A stretch of DNA of 64,000 nt, taken from IMG/VR virus record IMGVR_UViG_3300014204_000116, positions 32,001 to 96,000 of that record. One strand, written 5' to 3'. The DNA comes from a virus (taxonomy: Duplodnaviria; Caudoviricetes). The translations under genes and the position numbers were made by a program. Position 1 is the stretch's first letter. Every line of letters begins with the position of its first letter. The notes under the pieces were generated by a model. The model saw only the letters and a list, made by a program, of their open reading frames with translations. It did not search any database and had not been told where the DNA came from. This document shows, in pieces, positions 9,391 to 19,000 of this stretch.

Positions 9391-10383
9391 GTGATAAACG
9401 AAACGACCACGACCCCTGACCTGAGCAGCTACGACTACTTCATCGTTGCATTGTCGGGTGGCAAAGACTCCGTTGCCTGCGCCCTCTGGCTGATCGAGCA
9501 GGGCGTTGATCTCTCCAAGATCGAGCTGTGGCATCACGATATCGACGGTCGCGAAGGATCTGATCTGATGGATTGGACCGTCACCCGCGATTACTGCAAG
9601 AAATTCGCTGCCGCATTCGGGCTGAAGATCTACTTCTCCTGGCTCCAGGGCGGTTTCGAACGCGAGATGAATCGCAACAACAGCCTCAAAGCCCCGACCT
9701 CCTGGGAAAACCCCGATGGCACCGTTGGCACCAGCGGCGGCGTCCGTGGCAAAGCCAACACCCGCCAGGTATTTCCCCAGGTAAGCGCTGATCTGTCCGT
9801 TCGCTGGTGCTCAGCATATCTGAAGATCGATGTAATGAGCGCAGCCATCTGTGGTCAGGAACGCTTCAACGGCAAGCGCACCCTCATCCTTACCGGCGAG
9901 CGCGCCGAAGAATCCTCCGCTCGCGCCAAGTATGCCACCTTCGAGCCCCATCGCGCCGACGCTCGTAACGGTCGCAAAGCCCGCCATATAGATCAGCTCC
10001 GCCCCGTTCACGGCTGGTCCACCCGGCAAGTCTGGGACATTATCGCGCGCCACAACGTGAATCCTCACCCTTGCTACCGCGCCGGTTTCGGTCGCTGCTC
10101 CTGCATGTTCTGCATTTTCGCCTCCGCCTGCCAGGCCGCTACATCCCGCCTGATTGATCCTGTCCGTCACGCCCGCGTTGCCGCATACGAAGCCAAGTTT
10201 GGCAAGACCATCAAGCGCAACAAGAGCCTGGATCAGCTCGCCGACGAGGGCACCCCTTACGCCGCTAGCCAAGCCGACATCGAAGCCTGCCGCAAGTCCA
10301 CCTTCGACGAAGCGATCATTCTCCCTGATGGCCAGTGGAAGTTACCCCTGGGAGCATTTGCTGAATCCTGTGGACCTGTGTAA
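9391..10383 (+). CDS. Phosphoadenosine phosphosulfate (PAPS) reductase family protein
   Basis: SGGKDS PP-loop, RWCSAYLK, GERAEES..RA, HPCY..G..RCSCMFC. Confidence 0.88.
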   Translation: MINETTTTPDLSSYDYFIVALSGGKDSVACALWLIEQGVDLSKIELWHHDIDGREGSDLMDWTVTRDYCKKFAAAFGLKIYFSWLQGGFEREMNRNNSLKAPTSWENPDGTVGTSGGVRGKANTRQVFPQVSADLSVRWCSAYLKIDVMSAAICGQERFNGKRTLILTGERAEESSARAKYATFEPHRADARNGRKARHIDQLRPVHGWSTRQVWDIIARHNVNPHPCYRAGFGRCSCMFCIFASACQAATSRLIDPVRHARVAAYEAKFGKTIKRNKSLDQLADEGTPYAASQADIEACRKSTFDEAIILPDGQWKLPLGAFAESCGPV

Positions 10384-10390
10384 TTAAGAT

Positions 10391-10657
10391 ATGCACTATC
10401 GAGCAATTCTAAACAAAACGCTGGAAAAGCTGAGGGCCATGGGCCACGACGCTGCATTGGTAAAGAAACTGGGCTATGCCGAGAACATGGACGAGCTGCA
10501 CAGTGTCTTGCGTGAATACGTCCTGGGCACCGACGCCAAAGTCAATGCCTTCCTAGACCAGGTGAAGGGCGAGCTTCAAGGTCAAGCATCTCAAGTAGTT
10601 GGCCGAATGCTCGATACCCCGGCGAGGAAATGCCCGAACTGTGGATACACTTTATGA
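10391..10657 (+). CDS. Hypothetical protein with a C-terminal Zn ribbon and a cargo-type motif
   Basis: GTAATTA 4 nt upstream; ASQVVGRMLD; CPNCG. Confidence 0.65.
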   Translation: MHYRAILNKTLEKLRAMGHDAALVKKLGYAENMDELHSVLREYVLGTDAKVNAFLDQVKGELQGQASQVVGRMLDTPARKCPNCGYTL

Positions 10658-10764
10658 GCAGGATTGCCAAGCAGATCGTAGGAGAAGCTGCCGAGAGAAT
10701 ACCCTACTGGGAGCGTGAAGAAAAACAGCAGCACATAGCCAACCTTAAGGGGAACCGTATTTAA
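10654..10764 (+). CDS. Small 36-aa ORF not in the supplied track (MSRIAKQIVGEAAE...)
   Basis: ATGA overlap with the upstream stop; fills the gap exactly; carries an IAKQIVGE motif. Confidence 0.5.
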   Translation: MSRIAKQIVGEAAERIPYWEREEKQQHIANLKGNRI

Positions 10765-10767
10765 TTT

Positions 10768-11094
10768 GTGGCACGCGAATCACAATTTGTAGACAGATAC
10801 CTCTCCCTGAATGGGAAGCGTGGATGGGACGACGGCCTTACGATTGGCTCATATCTCCATTCCGTTCTTGGGGGTAAGGCTAGACAATTTTCGGCCAAAT
10901 ATGCTGTTGCGCTGCAAAGGGCATGCTGGAATCGCGTCATGACAGGCAGGGCTCGAAAAGGAACGAGCAAGCTCGGGGGCACCGCTTACTATCCCACGCT
11001 CGATGTTAATGCAGTTGTAGACAGATTACTCGATATGCCGTCCAAGCCATCTGAGTCGGCCTACGACATCGATGATCCGCAACTCGGAGAATAG
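10768..11094 (+). CDS. Hypothetical protein
   Basis: GTATTTA 4 nt upstream; AVVDRLLD motif. Confidence 0.6.
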   Translation: MARESQFVDRYLSLNGKRGWDDGLTIGSYLHSVLGGKARQFSAKYAVALQRACWNRVMTGRARKGTSKLGGTAYYPTLDVNAVVDRLLDMPSKPSESAYDIDDPQLGE

Positions 11095-11102
11095 CACGAA
11101 GT

Positions 11103-12035
11103 ATGACCAACCTTAAGAAGATATTCAAGCCTGGGACCGTCTGGACGCGGACGAATCATCGCTTTCCCTACCGGAGAGACGGGAAGATAGTGGAGCCCAC
11201 TGGGAGTCCTGTCCAGGTCAAAGTAGTGCGCCTCTACCCCGATGCGGTAGCGTTTCAGCTCGATCACGAGACTATTTCGTATCTGTCCTGGCCGCAGCCG
11301 CCGCTGGAGGTTAGAGCTTCTCCCGATAAGGTCGAGATCTCGGACAACCAGGGTATTCTCCTGACCTACGTGAAGGTGCCATCTCTTTCCGAAGTCAACA
11401 AGGTCACCCTGGCCGACTTCCTCAGCAATGGCTTTTTGCTGATGAAACTCATCCCGTTCTGGTATGCCGTCCACTGGCGCGGTGAGAGGGTCGGGGCCGT
11501 CCGTATACCGTCTTGGAGCAACCCACAGCGGGTTGTCACCTGGCTGAACATGGCGAACCAGAAGATGCCGTTCGACTTATCTGTAGGCAATTTCCACAAC
11601 TGGATGAAGAGGCTGGAAGCAGAGAAGGTCATGCCAAAGTTTCCCATCTTGCCACGCGTATTGAACAAGGTTGCGGAGTCAGTTGTAGACAGCATGCTCG
11701 AAAACGCCGTGACCAAAGCAGCTATCCGCATCAAGGACGGTCGGATATTCAGCGGCCCCATCCATTGCATGGCAGTCTCAGTGATGCAGGATCAGAAAGT
11801 GCTATCGCCAGCAGAGGAAGATCTCGAAGGTGAGCTTCGGAATCTGGGTGCAGAGTTCGGCTGGCTGGACGAAGAAGGCCAGTTCCTTACCCGCCGCCAG
11901 GCTTACAAGCTCGCGGTCGCCTCCGGCCAGATAGCCGACACATACGGGCCTGATGGGGCTCTGACCCATGACATGCTCGACGATACGTCGATTGCCATCG
12001 ACGTAGAAGATAACGCTGAGGGCGTTAGTCCTTAA
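11103..12035 (+). CDS. Multi-domain hypothetical protein
   Basis: 310 aa; internal VAESVVDSMLE linker; C-terminal G(W)LDEEGQFLTRRQA phage domain. Confidence 0.7.
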   Translation: MTNLKKIFKPGTVWTRTNHRFPYRRDGKIVEPTGSPVQVKVVRLYPDAVAFQLDHETISYLSWPQPPLEVRASPDKVEISDNQGILLTYVKVPSLSEVNKVTLADFLSNGFLLMKLIPFWYAVHWRGERVGAVRIPSWSNPQRVVTWLNMANQKMPFDLSVGNFHNWMKRLEAEKVMPKFPILPRVLNKVAESVVDSMLENAVTKAAIRIKDGRIFSGPIHCMAVSVMQDQKVLSPAEEDLEGELRNLGAEFGWLDEEGQFLTRRQAYKLAVASGQIADTYGPDGALTHDMLDDTSIAIDVEDNAEGVSP

Positions 12036-12099
12036 CCATATCGCGCAAATCCGCAATATGGTTAGGGGAGTAAAGCATCGTAGACGCGTTCTTCTATAC

Positions 12100-12606
12100 A
12101 TGCTGGATAAAGTCTCTCGGCAAATGCTACGACATGTCTGCTACTGCCATCCCAGGGGAAACCCAAAAGATCCTTACCGCCATTTTGACATCAGCGAAGG
12201 CCACATGGTTCGGGGATCATTGTTCATCTGCAACGGGTGCGACCGTAGAAAGCGGTGGAAGTCTGCGGATCTTAGCGCGATTTGTAAGCATAACTCAGTC
12301 GAAAAGATAATCCATCGACTTTTGTTCGCGCACAAATGCCGGTTCATTCCCGGCTATTGCTTAGGAAATTTCAAGTTCGACTACGCAATACCACACCTTC
12401 GTGTTTTGGTGGAGATTGATGGAAAAACTTATCACAAGGAAGAAAAGCCTACAGAAGACGGCCTGCCTAAACCTTTAGTGCCGGGCACCAAAGCTTGGGT
12501 CGTCCACGAGCACGGCTGGAAATTAGTGCGGGTGCAGAATGGCCCACGGTTGAGAGAGCGGTTTATTGCAGAAGTGCTAAAAGCGTGCCAGGTAGTTAAG
12601 GCATGA
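12100..12606 (+). CDS. DUF559/Vsr-like PD-(D/E)xK endonuclease with an N-terminal Cys motif
   Basis: FKFDYAI..LRVLVEIDGKTYH...HGWKLVRV; start could be 12058. Confidence 0.75.
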   Translation: MLDKVSRQMLRHVCYCHPRGNPKDPYRHFDISEGHMVRGSLFICNGCDRRKRWKSADLSAICKHNSVEKIIHRLLFAHKCRFIPGYCLGNFKFDYAIPHLRVLVEIDGKTYHKEEKPTEDGLPKPLVPGTKAWVVHEHGWKLVRVQNGPRLRERFIAEVLKACQVVKA

Positions 12607-13430
12607 ACAATCCCGCGATTGCAGAGTGCGCTGTAGACATTATGCTAGATGCTTTTCCTGCCCAGCAGGAAGGTGTCGAGTCTTCATCTGCTGTTCCTAC
12701 GCCGCCCGCAGAGGGTGGGGTATCCTTTACGACGAGTGACATGCGCGATCTTTTCTACAGTTCGCACACTTACGGGCCAATCTTACTCCTGGTTAGTGAA
12801 GCGGACAAGTGGGAAGGCAGCACCCTGGATGGGCATGTCACGAGAATTAGCCATCAGTATTTGCACGAGAATACCATCATATTCCAATGGAGTGATTACA
12901 ACTACACCAGGGAATGGACTGATAAAGGTACCGGCGAAAGGATACCAGAAAAAGCTGCCTTGGCTATTGACGAGCTAATCGACAAAGTTGAGAAGCTAAT
13001 GACTCGGCATGTTCGAACAATTAGCAAGCACATCTACAGGGATTTGGAAAAAGAATACAATTATCTGAATAGCGAGGAAAGCGTTGCTGAGATTATCCGT
13101 GCAAATATTTACAAGTTCGACGAGGATGGCGAGTATGATGACAGCGAGGAAGGCGTGGAGTATGATGATCTGAGTGACAGGGCCAAAGAAAAAGCCCGAG
13201 AGTGGTACACATCAAACGGTATAGACTATGATTGGTGGGAGGACGTATGTGACACCTGGAAGAGTCGGCTAAATGAAATGGGATTTGGGAGTGGCCCAGA
13301 GTACGTCAATATAGGATTTTCTGGATTTTCCAGCCAAGGTGACGGAGCGTCGTTCACTTGCAAGTCTTTCGATATTCGGGCGTACGCTCGCTACCTGGTG
13401 TCTGGAAAAGCAAAGGATCTTGGCTTATGA
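12603..13430 (+). CDS. Mobile-element acidic protein of the GF(W/S)SQGDGA family, apparently circularly permuted
   Basis: Motifs LSDRAKEKAREWY, GFSSQGDGASF and IYRDLEKEYNYLNSEE..IRANIYKF; GTAGTTA upstream. Confidence 0.6.
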   Translation: MNNPAIAECAVDIMLDAFPAQQEGVESSSAVPTPPAEGGVSFTTSDMRDLFYSSHTYGPILLLVSEADKWEGSTLDGHVTRISHQYLHENTIIFQWSDYNYTREWTDKGTGERIPEKAALAIDELIDKVEKLMTRHVRTISKHIYRDLEKEYNYLNSEESVAEIIRANIYKFDEDGEYDDSEEGVEYDDLSDRAKEKAREWYTSNGIDYDWWEDVCDTWKSRLNEMGFGSGPEYVNIGFSGFSSQGDGASFTCKSFDIRAYARYLVSGKAKDLGL

Positions 13431-13717
13431 CTACTCTTGCCGAAAAGATCATTGGTGAGCCCAATAAACAACGGTTTGTCTCGCTATTCATGCACATGAA
13501 CTCGGAGGATCGGAAGCTCATCCACCACTGGAGTATCGATCACGATGATTCAGTTTCGAAAGTTTGCTTCTACATGACTCTGATTGGCCAGGGATTTATC
13601 GAGTTCATCTCGGATTACACCGATAGGCATAACGGGGATTTCAGGATGTACCCCTATGGGGCGTGGATTTGCGTGGAGCTAATGATACCTGATAGTAGCC
13701 CAGATAAGCTGCCCTGA
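13427..13717 (+). CDS. Hypothetical protein
   Basis: ATGA overlap; N-terminus MTTLAEKIIGE. Confidence 0.6.
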   Translation: MTTLAEKIIGEPNKQRFVSLFMHMNSEDRKLIHHWSIDHDDSVSKVCFYMTLIGQGFIEFISDYTDRHNGDFRMYPYGAWICVELMIPDSSPDKLP

Positions 13718-13763
13718 CTACATCTTCTGCACAACCCGTATTTTAATTACGGTAGTTATAGGG

Positions 13764-14225
13764 ATGGCTGTTGTTCTTACAACCGAGCAACTTGATTTTC
13801 TGGCAAAGACCGCCTCTTGGAAGTTCGATGTGGACTTCAAGGATCTGCGGGACAGCGTTACGTACACAGGCGACGGAGTAGATGACCTGGACATGCTCAT
13901 TAACAGGCTGACAGGCCCACTGTACATGCAGCCCAAGATCCTGTGCGATGTGGGCAAGCTGTTTAGTAGCTGGATAATCGTGACTGTAGATGATATTTAC
14001 GCGCTGAGAGGGCGCTACATAGAAATTCACGGTACAGCTAGCAAACCACCCGAGTATTACGATCAGCGCGCGGGCTCGACGATTGAAGTGACGGGCACCA
14101 CCTACGAGGCTGGGAACGTAGCGGGGCCAAACCCAGAGGGCAACTACGGCGACTTTACAGACTATGGAGATGGTCGGGGCCGGACTCATCCGTCTACAAC
14201 TCCTGACCAGGTGGTGGGGCTATGA
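13764..14225 (+). CDS. Hypothetical protein
   Basis: 153 aa; GTAGTTA at 13752-13758. Confidence 0.65.
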   Translation: MAVVLTTEQLDFLAKTASWKFDVDFKDLRDSVTYTGDGVDDLDMLINRLTGPLYMQPKILCDVGKLFSSWIIVTVDDIYALRGRYIEIHGTASKPPEYYDQRAGSTIEVTGTTYEAGNVAGPNPEGNYGDFTDYGDGRGRTHPSTTPDQVVGL

Positions 14226-15997
14226 GAACGGTTCACGAAGTTATAGCAGCTATGCCCGATGATTTTGGCATTGAACCTCGCGAAATAGTAAGAGCAGCAC
14301 TATTTCAAACGCGCGAAAAATTACTCGATGACTTCGGCCTGAAGAAGGATGACAAGGAAAACTACATAATACCGGATACTGGGTGGACAGAGCATTACTA
14401 CAATCTCTACGACCGGGCCAACTACCTGGCTTTCATTAAGCACTTTAAGCCGTGGGTAAAATCCAGCCCGCATGGAACTGAAGAAGGAGCGGTTATCCTG
14501 CATAGGTCGCTATTTTTCATGCCGACGTCCAAGATAAAAGAGCTTTTGGATGCCATCACGGATATTAAGGACAATTATCCAGTTCTTGATGAGGAGATCC
14601 TAAGTGATTTGGAAGTGGAATTGTCGGAGGAAGCCTGGGGGAGCACATATCGAAAAGAGTTCAAGAAACTGGTAAAAGATGCCGTCTCTCCCTTCTTTGA
14701 GGATATTACCCCCGAAGAAGGCGCATCACCCTGGGAGATGGTTGAAGATCTTTTGGACGGTGATGAAGGCGATGGTATACTCGATGATTTTTTTAGGTAT
14801 TATCAAGAGCACTCAAATGGCGATGACTGGGAGTTCGAAGATAGTGGTGGCGTAAGACTTCGATTGAAAAAGGTGGAGCAGGATATTTACAATAGTGATT
14901 TAGGTGTGAAATGGGCACGCGAGCTGAAAAACAAGCTATGGCCGGAAGACCCGAGGCAGCTAAAGTTTAAATTTGCCGAGTGCATTGTCGGGCATTTACT
15001 GGCGGGCTGCGTCACTCTGATAGAGTCGTCTGGAGCTGCCCGTATAATGGCCGCGCAACTCATGGAGGACAGCGGCCCCCATGAGTATTCGTGCGTAATG
15101 ATAGATCTTCCACCGGATATGTCGGCTAAAATCATTGCGTGGGGTCGGCAGCAGATTCCTAATGAGCAGCTTTTTGTAGACAAAGATGGTGGTAGCGGTC
15201 GGGAGGAAGAGATTCATGTAACCGTGAAATACGGACTTCACGACGCGATGCCGAATGAGGCGCTCAAGAAAATTTTCGGTAGCACTGCGCCATTTGAAAT
15301 AGAACTTGCCCCGATCAGCTTGTTTAGGAACGAGGGTCATGACGTCGTAAAAATGGAAGTTAGTAGTCCACAGCTTCGGGAGCTAAACCGGGTGATAACG
15401 GCATCGTGCGATTGCACGGATTCCTACCCGGAGTATAAGCCACATGTCACTCTGGCTTATGTCCGCCCCGGCACCTGTGACCGGTTGGAGGGAACATCCC
15501 CGTTTGATAACCCGATTAAAATGGGCGCGACCACTCTCAGGAAGGAAGGCCATTTTACGGCTAACCAGGTTGTCTTTTCGTCCAGAACTGGCATAAAGAA
15601 GAGCTATAGCTTAGGCCCGGAAGAGCCGGAGAAGGAACAAGTAGAAGAAGATGACAGCGCAGGCGAATCAACGCCCGGAATAGATCCGGCTGAGATTGCG
15701 CGTCCTTTTATCAGGGGTAAGGAAGTGTCATTGAAGAACCTTCGATTAGCGGCTAGCCGTGAACTCATAAGGTCGATCCATGTCAACAGAAGGGGCGTGG
15801 GTAGCTATCCTGAAGGAAGACTGACTTTCTTTTTTATGCGCGGTGCAAATAGATACGTTGATTTTTGTTCCCTAGGGGTGCTGGCTCAAGCACTTCGGGA
15901 ATGGCGAAACCTTAAGGGTGTCCCACTCTTCGTCGATAATGCGACAGCCGGTGTGGTTTCCTACCAGAATCCAGTTCTAGCGGCTTTGGCTCGCTGA
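14222..15997 (+). CDS. Multi-domain protein with a central 2H phosphoesterase (Acb1/LigT-like) domain
   Basis: Two HxT motifs, IHVTVKYG and YKPHVTLAY, flanked by acidic linkers and unrelated domains. Confidence 0.8.
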   Translation: MRTVHEVIAAMPDDFGIEPREIVRAALFQTREKLLDDFGLKKDDKENYIIPDTGWTEHYYNLYDRANYLAFIKHFKPWVKSSPHGTEEGAVILHRSLFFMPTSKIKELLDAITDIKDNYPVLDEEILSDLEVELSEEAWGSTYRKEFKKLVKDAVSPFFEDITPEEGASPWEMVEDLLDGDEGDGILDDFFRYYQEHSNGDDWEFEDSGGVRLRLKKVEQDIYNSDLGVKWARELKNKLWPEDPRQLKFKFAECIVGHLLAGCVTLIESSGAARIMAAQLMEDSGPHEYSCVMIDLPPDMSAKIIAWGRQQIPNEQLFVDKDGGSGREEEIHVTVKYGLHDAMPNEALKKIFGSTAPFEIELAPISLFRNEGHDVVKMEVSSPQLRELNRVITASCDCTDSYPEYKPHVTLAYVRPGTCDRLEGTSPFDNPIKMGATTLRKEGHFTANQVVFSSRTGIKKSYSLGPEEPEKEQVEEDDSAGESTPGIDPAEIARPFIRGKEVSLKNLRLAASRELIRSIHVNRRGVGSYPEGRLTFFFMRGANRYVDFCSLGVLAQALREWRNLKGVPLFVDNATAGVVSYQNPVLAALAR

Positions 15998-16015
15998 CCG
16001 TAGTTAAGCTGGCGT

Positions 16016-19000
16016 ATGTCGCTCCAAAACCTTAAGGAATCGTACCTGTACAACTTACTCCCGGCTGGAGTACTGGACATGGATGAGAACGGCCTTCTTG
16101 CAGCAGTTATAGGCGGCGTGCAAGACCGTTTGGGCGATCTGCGCTCATATGTCAGGAAATACGAGCTTTTCTTCGACACGACGGGGCTGGCGAACAAGAA
16201 CACGGTTGTCCTTGTCACATTCAGTACTGACTACGGCAAAGTTGTAACCAGATCCCTGGACATTCAGAATGATACCCCGTCTGTGGCCGGGGCAAGCCTC
16301 ACAGCATGGGCGGCTGAGCAGATGGATATCGATCAATCTCTCATCACGTCGTGCGTTTTTGGAGAGGATCTTCTGCGCTATGTCGATATCAACACGCTTC
16401 AGTATATCGCGGCCAGCGTAGGTGCGATTCTGTACGCTACCTCTGCCCAGTCTGGCACGGAGCAGTTGAATCAGCAACGAATCCTTGATAGCTATTTTCC
16501 TCGCCTTAAAGTAAAAGGCACAGTCCAGTCATTCGATGTCCTTGGCCGACTGCTAGGCTTCGATGACGTGCAGATCATTCCGTTATGGGGGCGTCTGAGC
16601 CCGAGAATTTCTAACGATTTTGGCAATCCTGCCAATGACGCAGATTTTGCACATTCTCCCCAGTATCAGCCACAGCAGGTAATCGGCGTTGCATACAATC
16701 CGTATTCAATGCGGGATGGGCCGTTCTACGCATGGTCGGGTACTGTTAGCGCCGACGAGTCTCTTGATTACTACTACCCAGAGGCGATCAACGGACGTCA
16801 GCCTTGGGTAAAAGTGTCGGTAACAGGCACCGTGGTGCATCCTGCCATTGGCCAAGTGGTTACTCTCGGAGGGGGCGGGCCGCATGTCAAAGCCTACGCC
16901 TTACTCGATTCGAACGGTCTTAAATTCGAGGCTGTTGGCGAAGGTGATAGCTTCAACGGCCTCCAGGTTGAATTTTCGGACTGGAACTCCGGTACTTCTC
17001 GAATCGTATCCATAGTGGATCGGCTGTCAGCGATCAAGTATCGCACGAGCTATTTTGACTCGGTTGTGACACTGACAGATGCAAGGGCTATCGAGCAATT
17101 TGGAACAGTGGCTGCAAAGCGGAGTGCAGACCTGGCCAGCATTCCAACGCTCGACAGCGATGGCACTGCATTGCCTCCCTATAGGCCTTGGTACTCTGGT
17201 AGCACTAAGGTGGATGTCGTCTACAACGACTATACCTACAAGGTCCAGGACGGGCCAATGCAGCTCGTTCCGAGCGATCCCAGGCTCCAGGCCACATCTT
17301 CCCAGACTCAGTTCAACGTGTCTGACATGCAGAGCGCGGCGGTTCAGTATGTCCAGGCTATTGAGGAAGTAAAGCCCGCGACTCGCTTACCTCGAAGAGT
17401 TAGCATAGGGTGGCTAAACAGGGATCAGGCGGCTTACGCTGCCTACTTGGAAGAGAGCCTGCTAGCTACACTCAGCGGGACAAGCGCTGAGGGTGTGGCC
17501 AGTGCCATAGGAAAGCCCTACATTGTAAACTTTACCATTGATTACGCAGGGACAGTGACAGAAGTACCTGCGGAGTATAATCCTGTATCCAGTGGAAGTT
17601 TGGTCAATTTTGTACTCCCGTCCGTAGTGTCTGGGACTTACAATCGTTCAACTGACTACTTCAAGATAGTGCCCATCGCTCCCGGCAGCATGTCCGTCTA
17701 CGCGAATTGGACCCCAGGCTCGACAGAAGTCATACGCTCATACGCTGGTACCGATGTTCTAACAGGATATCAGAGTCGTCCCGAGAGCGAAGCGGGCACT
17801 GCGACACCTTTTGAAACTGTAGACGAATTCCCCTGGCGCACAGAAGTTGTAAACGGGGGTGATCTTGTCGAGGTTAAGGGGTACGCGGTTTCCGTGGTGG
17901 CCGAATATGGCAAGCTCTCGGTGCAGAGTATGGTGGCAGTAAAGGATCAGACCGGCATGGACTACAACCTTTTTGGAGTTCCATCCACGGTTAAGCCATT
18001 CAAGATGGTTTTGGAGGCGAGGCCTACTGATTCAACCTACCAACCAGGGCAGTTGGCCATAGGTTACAGCAAAGGTTTTAAGAGCCTGGATGATATCCCG
18101 GCCAGTGACTTTAAGCTGCCGGGCCGATACTCCACTGACCTGGATGTCTATTTCCTGCCAGGATCACAGCTTTTCCACGTGGGCTTAGCCCAGGGCGTGC
18201 TGGTCGCGGATTTGCCGAAGTTTTTCGGCCCGCACCACCGTGATGGGCTGGTGGGCTGGCTTCCACTAAACGAGCACCCCGATGAAGGCGCAGTGGCTTT
18301 TGATCGTTCGTCCACGGCAACTACGCAGACGGTCAAGGGCTTCGAGCTGACTGGAAGCTTTGCAGACAGAAAATGGAGTGATGAACGCGGATGGTATTTG
18401 GACGTCAACAGGGGCGGAACGGTAGCCACGAGTGATCATCGCCAGCTTAAAACGGATTATACGCTGTCGATGTGGATCATGCCAGAGGGCACAGTATCGA
18501 CGACGGGCACCCTGCCAATATTTCAGCATGGCCCAGTTAAGCTAGACCTGCCTGATGACAAAAACGCGCTCATTCTCAGCGTGTTCAACACAGCGGGCAC
18601 TCATGAGCAAATTGCTTCAATTCCAGTCTCTCAAGGCACCTGGAACAATATCGTAGTTGGCCTGGATGATTGCTACACCTACTACGGGGCTGCCTTGCTC
18701 TCTGGGTCATTAGCCCTCGCGCCAAAGGCCAGCGCATATGAGTTTCAGAGCTTTGACGAAGTCGGCGATGCGATGATTGTAAGTTATGGTTCAAATCGTG
18801 GGTATGGCATCCAGGACATTCGCATATGGAGTGAGCTGAAGGATCAATCCGACGTAGATAAGATCCATCAGCACAACCCCACACCGACGATTTGCACGTA
18901 TTGGCCTGCTAACATTCTAATTGCCGGAACCGGTGACCGCTATGGAATGAAAGTCACCCCGTCTGGGTTTGTCTACCTCGACAAGATGCCGCCTGCGGTT

